Part shown: positions 1 to 8,800 of the stretch, piece by piece | Layout: each line of letters starts with the position of its first letter | Numbering within the stretch: position 1 is the stretch's first letter | Source: Candidatus Sericytochromatia bacterium | GTDB taxonomy: Bacteria > Cyanobacteriota > Sericytochromatia > S15B-MN24 > UBA4093 | DNA length: 23,121 nucleotides | Assembly (NCBI GenBank): GCA_036676985.1 | Contig: JAKFBU010000013.1 | Coordinates: 1 to 23,121, forward strand | Direction: 5' to 3' | The notes under the pieces: model-generated | What the model saw: only the letters and a program-made list of their open reading frames with translations | What the model was told of the DNA's origin: nothing | Databases searched by the model: none | Program-made: the position numbers and the translations under genes

Positions 1-303
1 GTTGGCAGCCTGGACCGACAGCTCGCGCATACGCTGCAGGATGCTGGTGGTCTCGACGAGGGCGCCCTCGGCGGTCTGCAGGAGCGAGATGCTGTCCTGC
101 GACATCCGGGAGGCCGTCTGGAGACCGTTCACCTGCGAGCGCATCTTCTCGGCGATCGCCAGACCCGCGGCATCATCCGCAGCGCCGTTGATCCGCAATC
201 CCGAGGAGAGACGCTGCAACGACTTGCTGAGGGCAGTGTCGTTCATCGTCAGCTGACGGTGGGCGTTCATCGCCCCGACGTTGGTGTTGATCCGAAGACC
301 CAT
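1..303 (-). CDS. fliC: Flagellin, N-terminal 101 codons (runs off the window edge)
   Basis: Not in the ORF track; translated by hand from the ATG at 303: [101 protein letters not shown]. This is the classic flagellin N-terminal domain. Shine-Dalgarno AAGGAGG lies at 311-317. Confidence 0.98.
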   Translation of the reverse strand, partial: MGLRINTNVGAMNAHRQLTMNDTALSKSLQRLSSGLRINGAADDAAGLAIAEKMRSQVNGLQTASRMSQDSISLLQTAEGALVETTSILQRMRELSVQAAN

Positions 304-326
304 GAGTTTACCTCCTTAGTAGGGAA

Positions 327-348
327 GAGAGAACCTCCGTGTTCTCCC
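327..348 (-). promoter_or_regulatory. Putative CsrA/RsmA-binding hairpin in the flagellin 5' UTR
   Basis: mRNA reads GGGAGAAC-ACGGAG-GUUCUCUC, a stem with ANGGA in the loop. A second AAGGA overlaps the Shine-Dalgarno sequence. Confidence 0.65.
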
Positions 349-386
349 ACACTGACGGGCGCTGAATCGCCCTGCTTCCACGCTTT

Positions 387-413
387 GTTTCGGCCGTCCT
401 GCGCCGAACTTTA
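387..413 (-). promoter_or_regulatory. Sigma28 (FliA/SigD) promoter of flagellin
   Basis: Minus strand reads TAAA(413-410)-N15-GCCGAAAC(394-387), against the consensus TAAA-N15-GCCGATAA. An AT-rich tract lies immediately upstream at 420-436. Confidence 0.88.
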
Positions 414-432
414 GATCCGAAAAAATATAGTT

Positions 433-2811
433 TTATGCTGTTGTGACCGGCATCCGCATGGCAGCGAGCCGCTGCCGAGCCAGCGAAAGCCTGGGATTCA
501 GGCTCAGTGCCATCTGGTACATGGTCCGGGCGTCCTCCTCGTTTCCTCCCTGGGCGGCGCACTCGCCGATCAGGAAGTACGTGTCGGCGTTTTCGGGCTC
601 CTCCTCCCGCGCCTTCAAGAGGAACGAGAGGGCGGCCTCATGGAGGCCCTTCTGCTGGAGCAGCCGGCCCACCGAGAAGGCGAGGCCCGCAAGATCCAGA
701 TAGAGCATGGCCCCGATGGCCCGCTCCGCGTCCGCGTAGCGCTCGGCAAGGAGTAGGTGCTCGGTGGCGAGCGTCCAGACCTCGACGGCCCGCTGGCTCG
801 CGGCGTCGGTGGGCAGCTCCGTGCTGGCGCCGTCGAGCAAGGACAGGAAGGCTTCCAGGTACCGTGCGTCCTGGCCGTACGAATCGGTCGCTTCGGCACG
901 CGCCGCTTCGGCTTGTAGCGCCTCGCGGGCCTCCGCCAGATGACCGAGTCCCATCCGGGCGATGCCCAGCTGGACGCGTAGTCCTGGCAGGTTGGGGCTC
1001 AGGGCGAGCTCTCGCTCGAGCGCTTCTTGGGCCTCCTGGTAACGCCCGATGGTGAGGGCAGCCTGGCCGATCAGGTGACCGAGTTCCGGGGTGTTCGGGG
1101 CGACCTCGTCGGCCTTGCGCCACGCGGCGAGCGCCTCTTCGTACTGGCCCGTCTTGTAGCAGACGCTGCCCAGGTTGATCCAGGCGCGCTGGTAGTTCTC
1201 GTCCGCCTCGGCGGCCTGAGTCATGTACTCGAAGGCCTTGGCGAGGTTGCCCTCGTTCAGGTGCGAGACGCCGAGATTGGTCAGGATCTCGGGATCGGGG
1301 TACCCGCACTCCTCGAGGGCGCGCTCGAACTGCTGGCGGGCCTGGGTCCACTGCTCCTGGCGGGAGTAGATGGCCCCCAGGGCGCTCGAGGTCTTGCTCG
1401 TCGGGACCGTGGGGTCGTTGCCGGCGGCAAAGACGATGCCCGCGAACTGCCGGCACTCCTCGAAGCACTTGGTCGCCTCGTCGAGCCGGTCCAGGGCCAT
1501 CAGGATCTGGCCCTTGGTGAAGCGGACGTCGGGGTAGGTGGGGTAGATGGCGATCGCCTCGTCCGCCAGTTCGAGTCCTTTCTCGTACTGCTGGGTGTTG
1601 CGGTAGTGCTCCACCAGGCAGAAGTACAGGTTGGCGTAGTAGCCGGTCGAGTGCGCGGCCTTCTGCTCCTTGAGGAGGCTCAGGGCCTTCACGTAGTTCG
1701 TCTCGGCTTCCTCGGCCCGGTTCAGGAGCTTGTAGGTCTGGCCCAGGTTGAAGTAGACGTATGCGTACTCCGGCTCGCGCTTCTGCTGCTCGAGCAGGAT
1801 GGCGAGGTTGCGCTGGAACTTGTCGCGCTGGTCGAGGTACTGGTCCAAGTAGCCGCGGTGAATGATGTGGGCCGTGCAGGCGCTCTGGGGAAGTCCCGTC
1901 CGCTCGGCAGCCATCACGATCTGCTCGTGGATGATGCCCTCGTACCGCATGTCCGGGCGGTTCTGGAAGAGGCGGAAGATGAGCGCCAGCTGGCGATGAT
2001 GGCCGGCTTTGCCCACCAGGTTCTCGATGACCAGGCTGTAGCCGATGTTCCCGTCGTTCCGGACGGCCTTGCGGACCTCGTTGTGCCACTGGGCCGGGAC
2101 CGTCTCGTCGGCGTCCAGCACCAGGATCCACTGGCCGGTGGCATGCTTGAGCGATTCGTTTCGGGCCGTGGCGAAGTCCCCGGTCCAGGCGTGGTGGAAG
2201 ATCTTGGCGCCGTAGCGCTCGGCGATCTCGATCGTGCGATCGGTCGAGCCGGTGTCCACGATGATCATCTCGGTGACCAGGTCCTTGACGCTGGCGAGGC
2301 AGTCCTCGAGGAACTCCTCCTCGTTCTTGACGATCATGCAGAGGCTGATAGTGGGCTCGACGGGCTTGGCGAGTTTGACGACGTCCTCGAGCTCCGGCGG
2401 GATCGAGTCTCCGCTCGCGCGCTGCTTGCGCACGGTCTCGAGCTGGCTCTTCTTGGCGCTGGCATGCGTGGGGTCGAGCTCGAGCACCCGGCGGAAGAAC
2501 ACCTGGGCCACCGCGTACCACTCGAGCTTGAACATGAGGACGCCCATGGAATTGAGGGCGTCTGTCGAGTAGGGGTCGAGCTCGAGCGACTGGCGCAAGG
2601 CGATTAGCGCCTTGTCGTACTTCATCTGCTGGAAGAGGATGACGCCGAGCTGGGTGAAGAGCTTGGCGTCCTTTTGATCCAATTCGAGGGCTTTGAGGAG
2701 GTTGGCGGCAGCTCCCTCGAGGTCGCCCTTATCGTAGGCACGCTGTGCGTTTGCTACGGCTTGTTCGCGCGTGAGGGCGGCCGAGACCGATTTGACGATC
2801 TTGAGAGCCAT
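433..2811 (-). CDS. TPR-GT2-TPR glycosyltransferase, probable flagellin O-glycosyltransferase
   Basis: N-terminal TPRs, a central GT-A/GT2 domain (ISLCMIVKNEE, VDTGSTD, WTGDFATARN, LVLDADE, YEGIIHEQ, HRGY) and a long C-terminal TPR array. Adjacent to flagellin. RBS AAGGAAGG. Confidence 0.9.
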   Translation of the reverse strand: MALKIVKSVSAALTREQAVANAQRAYDKGDLEGAAANLLKALELDQKDAKLFTQLGVILFQQMKYDKALIALRQSLELDPYSTDALNSMGVLMFKLEWYAVAQVFFRRVLELDPTHASAKKSQLETVRKQRASGDSIPPELEDVVKLAKPVEPTISLCMIVKNEEEFLEDCLASVKDLVTEMIIVDTGSTDRTIEIAERYGAKIFHHAWTGDFATARNESLKHATGQWILVLDADETVPAQWHNEVRKAVRNDGNIGYSLVIENLVGKAGHHRQLALIFRLFQNRPDMRYEGIIHEQIVMAAERTGLPQSACTAHIIHRGYLDQYLDQRDKFQRNLAILLEQQKREPEYAYVYFNLGQTYKLLNRAEEAETNYVKALSLLKEQKAAHSTGYYANLYFCLVEHYRNTQQYEKGLELADEAIAIYPTYPDVRFTKGQILMALDRLDEATKCFEECRQFAGIVFAAGNDPTVPTSKTSSALGAIYSRQEQWTQARQQFERALEECGYPDPEILTNLGVSHLNEGNLAKAFEYMTQAAEADENYQRAWINLGSVCYKTGQYEEALAAWRKADEVAPNTPELGHLIGQAALTIGRYQEAQEALERELALSPNLPGLRVQLGIARMGLGHLAEAREALQAEAARAEATDSYGQDARYLEAFLSLLDGASTELPTDAASQRAVEVWTLATEHLLLAERYADAERAIGAMLYLDLAGLAFSVGRLLQQKGLHEAALSFLLKAREEEPENADTYFLIGECAAQGGNEEDARTMYQMALSLNPRLSLARQRLAAMRMPVTTA

Positions 2812-2848
2812 AGGCCTTCCTTTCTGGAGCAGGCGAATCTATGGATCT

Positions 2849-2875
2849 CTATCGGCACCCTCCTGAGCGACTTTA
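2849..2875 (-). promoter_or_regulatory. Sigma28 promoter of the TPR-GT2 gene
   Basis: Minus strand reads TAAA(2875-2872)-N15-GCCGATAG(2856-2849), a near-perfect consensus in the 88-bp intergenic gap. Confidence 0.85.
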
Positions 2876-2899
2876 GGCCTGGTTTTAGGTTATGTGCGG

Positions 2900-5800
2900 T
2901 CAAACATGCACGGATTGCCCCAACGCTGCGGCCCCTTGCCACCCGTCGACGGACAGATCGTCCAGCGTGCGCTTTCCGACCTTGCCCGCTCGTTGGGCGT
3001 CCCGCTCCTCCCCATGGGTCACGATGCAGTCCACCGCGGTGTAAAGCCGGGCGAGACCCGGCAGATCCAGGGCGTCCGGAACCAGGAGGAGATCGGGGCC
3101 ATCCTCGGGATCGAGGCCCGCCTCGGCCAGGGCGCCGGCAATCCTCTCGCCGGCATCCTCGGGCGTGACGCCCTGGCTCGGATCGAGCCAGAGAACGAGG
3201 CTCACGTCCGCGTCGGCCGGGAAGGCACGCGCGTAGCTGGTGACGACCTCCTGCCAGGAGGTGGAGCCCCACTGGGGGTGATGGAGGAAGGCGTAGCGGC
3301 GTCGATCCTCGAGCGGCAACGGCATCAGCCCCGCCTGAAACGGGTCGGAGAGCGCGAAGCGAGTCGGGGTGCGCATGCCGAGGATGCGCAGGCGCTCGAG
3401 GATCCGCTCGGCCATGTGCGCCCACGTGAAGCCGGACAGGATCCGGTCGCGTGCCCGCTTGCCGACCGCTTTGGCATGCGCGGGGTCGGCCACCACCGAT
3501 TGCATCAGCGTGATCAGGGCGTCGCCATCGGGCTCGGCCCACCAGTAGCCGACGGCGCTGGGGGGGAGGGACGACGGGGGGAGGGGGACCTCGCGCGCCG
3601 GAATCAGGAAGGCGGTCTCCGAGTCGCAGAAGTCCAGGCAGGCCCCGTATCCCGTCACGATGACCGGCAGGCTCGTTGCCATGGCCTCCGCGATGGGTAG
3701 GGCGAAGCCTTCCCCGCGATAGGGGTGGACCAGGCAATGGCATGCCGCGTAGAGGCCGGCAATCTCGGCATCGCTGAGCGGATCGTCCAGGTACTCGATT
3801 TCCGGAGCCAGTGGATTGGCCTGGATCTCGGCGATGCGGTCCTTTGCCGTCTGGCCCTTGTAGAAGGACTTGCCACCGAGGTCCTTGATGACCAGGCAGA
3901 CGTCGTCGGCCGCGGTGAAGGCCTTCACGTACGCCTCCAACAGGACGTCGATGCCCTTGCGCAGGATCGTGCCTCCGACGAAGAGGAACTTGAAGCGTTT
4001 CCGGGTCGCGAGGGGGTACTTGGGGGCGTCCGGGTGCAGGCGATCGGTGTCGACCCCGTTCGGGATCACGATGACCTTGTCGGCGGGAATGCCGCTGCGC
4101 AGATAGCCGTCGCGCACGTGGCTCGTGGGCACCCAGATCTCGTCCACCTGGTGCGTCATGGGCTCGACCCACTCGTGGGGAATGCCCCCGAACTCCCAGG
4201 GCTGGATCATCGCCCAGGCCCCCTCGGCGGGCGGTTCGAACTTGGGCGGCCACTGGTGACGCACGTGGACGTCCGCCGGACCTGTCAAAGGGGCGTTGGT
4301 GCGATCGGCGATCACCTGGAGCGAGGGGTCGACCTCGGGACCGAACTCATCGGCCTCGTAGGGGACGATCGAGAGCTCGAGACCCGACTCGGCGAGGCGC
4401 CGGCAAACTTCACGGTTGATGAGCGCCAGGGAGTGGCGGACGAATTGCGAGCCCTCCCAGACGAGCCGCAGGCCCTGCCTGGCCCGCACGTCGTGGTAGT
4501 GCCCGACGAGCTCGTCCAGGTAAGCGTCGAAGCCGCGTGGCGCCTGGATGGCTCGCTGCATCCGACCGAGCAGGCCTGGGTCGCGGACGAACTGGAAGAG
4601 CGCGCTGCCCAGCCCCGGGGCGTTGCGGGGATCGACCAAGTAGCCGGTCTTGCCCTCCTCGATGAAGTCGGGAATGCCGCCGATGCGGCTGCCGATGACC
4701 GGGCAGCGGGCCGCAAGGGCCTCGGCGACCACCAGGGGGGCGCAGTCTTCCCAGATGGAGGGGATCACGACCACGTCGACGCGCTTGAGTAGCTCGGGCA
4801 GTTGCTCGACGTCGTAGCGGCCATGGAACTTGACCAACCCCTTGGCGTCGATCTCATGCAGCATGTCCTCGTAGGCCTTGGGGCCGCTGCCGAACAGGTG
4901 CCCCTCGATCTGATCCCGGCCGAAGGACTGTAGCGCCCGGACGAGGACGTGTACCCCCTTCTGGGGCAGGAGGCTGCCGATGAAGCCGACCTTCAACGGG
5001 CGATCGAGTGCACCTTCGAGGGGGCGTCGCGAGCCCGCTTTCTCCCAGAGCCATTCCACCGTTTCCGGCTGCTGCTGGAGGACGTGGATCCGCGAGGCGT
5101 CATGCCCGCTGCCGGCGTAGAGCTCCTTGACCCGGTGGGAGACGGCGAGATGCCGATCGACCCAGCGGTTGAGCATCTGCCGTCCGCTGTCCGCGCGCAA
5201 GGCGTAGCCACCCGTCTGATCGGGCCGACCCACGCAGATGGCGCACTTGCTGCCGTCTTCCGAGGGGCCGCTGCAGAGTGTCAGGTCCTCCTGGAAGAGG
5301 TACATACGCGGGCAAATGGGCCAGTAGTTGTGGGAGGTGAAGACGCTCGGCACTCCGGCCTGCTTGATCTCGGCCGCGATGCCCGTCGAGAAGTTGAGCA
5401 GGCTGTGGTAGTGGACGATGTCCGGCCGCAGCTCGGCGACCAGCTGCGCGATGATCCGCCGCATCTGGGGATCATCGGCCTCGCGCTCCGGGTGCTCCAT
5501 GTCGTAGAAGATCGCCGGGCGGTTGTAGATGGCGAAGAGCTGGACGCCCTCCTCCTCGCTCGCCTCGACGTGATAGGCGGGCTTGTCCGGTCGATTCTGG
5601 GACGGGGTGTAGATCACCGTAATCCGGTGACCCCGCCGGACGAGCGCCTTGGCGATCTGCCGCGGCAAGATGGTGCCGCCGCCTTCCTCGGCCCAGCCGT
5701 ACATGGTGAAGAGGATATGCAACGGATGATCCGCCGGGATGACCTTGGGGGCCGGCGCGCTCGCCGCGACCGTCGAGAAGGCCTCCAGGGGGCGCGCAGT

Positions 5801-8800
5801 CACCGCGACCGTGGGCGGGAGCGTCGTGAGTTGCGGCACCATGCCAAGGCCGCTGTCGATGGCCAGGGCCCAGGCCTCCTTGTCCATGACCCCTTGCGCC
5901 CACCGGCTTTGGGCCGCGGTGTACAGGTCGGGGTGGTTCAGGACGACCCGCGCCTTGATGCGTTGATCCTTGGCGCGGTCTTGACCGTAGACGCTGGCGC
6001 CGTGGATGCGATAAAAGTTGGTCGCCGCCGGCACGTGGACCCCGCGATGTCCCTGCTTGCCGCAGCGGATCCAGAAGTCCCAGTCCTCGTACCCTTCATG
6101 CGTCGGGAAGCCGCCCACGTCCTCCCATGCCTGCCGTTTGAAGAGCGTGGCCATGGTCAGGTAATTGAAGCGCTGCAGGAGCTCGAAGCTGTAGGCGGGC
6201 GGCACGTCGAAGGCCGCCGTGTTGCCGAATTTCTGGACGTTGGGATAGGCGACCGAGGCCTCCGGATGGGCTTCGAGCGCCGCCACGCAGGCGGCGAGGT
6301 AGTTCGGGGGGAGCTTGTCGTCGGCGTCGAGCGTGACGATGTAGTGGCCGCTCGCCTGTTCGATGCCGCTGTTGCGCGCGCGCAGGTGTCCGCCGTTCTG
6401 CTGCGTGTGCAGGCGGATGGGGAACGTCGGGTAGTCGGCCATGAGGGCCTGCGCGACGTCGCGCGAATCGTCGGTGCTGCCGTCATCGACGATGATGACC
6501 TCGCACGCCGGATGGGTCTGGGCGAGGACGCTCTCCACCGCCGTGCGCAGGAAGCGACCGTAGTTGTAGCAGGGGATGATGACCGAGACGCGCGGTTCGC
6601 CCGGGGGGGGCGCCTCGTGGGGAATGGTCCCCTTGGTGATCTGGAAGTACCGTAGGCCCAGCGCCTGGGCAAGGTTGCGCTCGCGCGGACAGCCCGTGTC
6701 CAGCACGGCGGTGGCCGCTCGGAAGACGGAGACCCGTGCGCTCGACGGAGCGTCGATCAGGAGCACGTCGGGAATGGCATCCGGATCGTAGCCGTGCTCG
6801 GTGAGCCAGGCCAGGATCTGCTCTTGGCGCGTTTCGGCCGCGCCTTCCGGAACCCGGATCATGAGGCACAGGTCGAGGTTGGACGCGTAGTCCGCCAGGA
6901 CCGCCGCGAGGTTCGCTTCCCAGGCCTCGGGATCCGCCACGAGCCAGCGATCCCGGGCCGCGGTGGCGACGTCCAGGGCCGGAGCCTCCCAATCGGCCTC
7001 TTCCACGGAGGGGTGGCGCAGCGGCAGCGACTCGCCGCTCCATGCGGGCGGGAGCTCCGGCCGGGTCGTCGCGGCCCGCCGCAGGGCGTCGGCGTCGGCG
7101 TCGGGCAGGACGGTGCGACCCCGCTCCTCGGCAAGGCTCATTAGCGTCCGAGTCCCCGCTTGATCGCCAAGCGGGAGGAAGGCATGGGCGCTGAGCAACT
7201 GGGCCAGGAACACGGAGTTGAACTCCGCCGGGCGCACCTGCTGGATGTCGACGCTGGGCGTCAGGGCAGGGTCGAGTCCGAGGGAGGCGACGGCCTCCTC
7301 ATAGGCTAGGGCGATCTGCTGGGTCTGGGGGTCGCTGGTGCTCAGGACGACGAGGGGGTACGGGTCTTCCGGCTGGAAGGTGGTGAGGTACGACGCCATG
7401 GCGCGCCCCAGGGCGAGCGGGTCGAGCTCGTCGCCGGTGGCCGCGATGAAGGTGGCCGCCGTGGTCTCGGCAGGGACGTTGGCCTCGCTCGGCCAGCTGA
7501 CCTGGAAGAGCTCGATTTGCCGGGGATCTTGCCCGAGCACCGTGTAGTTGGCTTGTTCGGGTTTCGGCGCGATGCGGGCGACCTCGAGGTTGCTGGCGAT
7601 CGCCGCGAGCCCGAAGCGCTCGAGGGCCTTCTGGAGCACCTCCTGCCCGGCTTGACAGTCACCGCTCATCAGCAGGCTCACCCCCAGGTTGTTGTGGGCC
7701 TCGGGGAAGTCCGGCGCCAGTTCCAGGGCCGCTTCAAACTCAGGCACCGCCAGCCCCGGATCCGGCAGCTCGGCGCGCAGCATGAGGTTGCCCAGATCTA
7801 GGTGGGCCGAGGCACGCGCCGATACCTCGTCGGCACAGAAGGCGATCTCCGGATAGAGCTCGTCGATGGCATAGCGTTCGCGCATCTCGCGCCGCATGCG
7901 CCGCGCCTCCTCGCCGAGTCGGTCGTGGCGCTTGCTGGAGGTCGAGTGGCTCTCCTCGTGGGCGCGGTACTTGAGCAGCTTGTCCGGGAGCACCGCGAAG
8001 CGGCAGCGGGCCACGGCGGCCTTTAGCCAGAACTGGAAGTCGTGGGGCCAGCCGTACTCCTGCAGGCCGATGCGACGGAGGATGGAGCGCCGGAACATGG
8101 CCGTCGGGTTGGGGACCAGACAGCACCGGAACATCTGTCGGCCGAACAGCCGACGTTCGAATACGTCGTTGGCGATGGGTCGGATGATGCTGCCGCCGAG
8201 GTCTCGCCCCTCCGCGTCGATGTAGCTCGCGTCGTGGTAGATGACCTCGAGCGACGGATCAGCGAGAAAGGCCGTGACCTGGCGCGCGATTTTCTCCGGG
8301 TGCATGAGGTCGTCGCCGTTGGCGATGGCGATCAGGTCGCCCGTCGTGGCCTCCAGGCAGCGGTTGAAGGTCTCATGCAGCCGCGCTCGACCCTTGTTCG
8401 CTTGGTATTCATACCGTACGCGCGGATCGTGCAGGTACTTCGCGACCACCTCGCGGGTGCCGTCGGTCGAGCCATCGTCGAGGATGTACAGCTCGAAGGC
8501 CGTGTGGGTCTGCTTCAAGATGGCCTGGATGGCCTCGTCGAGGTAGTGGGCGTAGTTGTAGACGTAGGCGACGATGCTGACGCTGGGCAAGGGCCGCTCT
8601 ATCGGGAGGAGGCTCGGGTGTGCCGCTAGGAAGGCATCCTCCGCATCGGTCGTGCGCTGTCTTTCGAACTCGGTGGGAGGCAGGTATAGGGGGCTCCTGC
8701 CGAGGATGCCCTCCGCAATGCGATCGAGAGAGGCATGCCGCCCGGGGGCGAGCTCTTCGACGGACTGGTAGCGAAGCTCGCCGTGCGAGAAGTTCACAAC

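Noticed and set aside
2-256. 84-aa plus-strand ORF
   Set aside because: Antisense shadow of the flagellin gene.
638-2607. Long alternative ORFs (627 aa minus, 526 aa plus)
   Set aside because: They overlap the TPR-GT2 gene and are Arg/Pro/Gly-rich or codon-mirrored, typical high-GC artefacts with no motifs.
2754-6655. 499, 355 and 568-aa alternative-frame ORFs over the giant GT
   Set aside because: Shadow frames with no recognisable domains or RBS.
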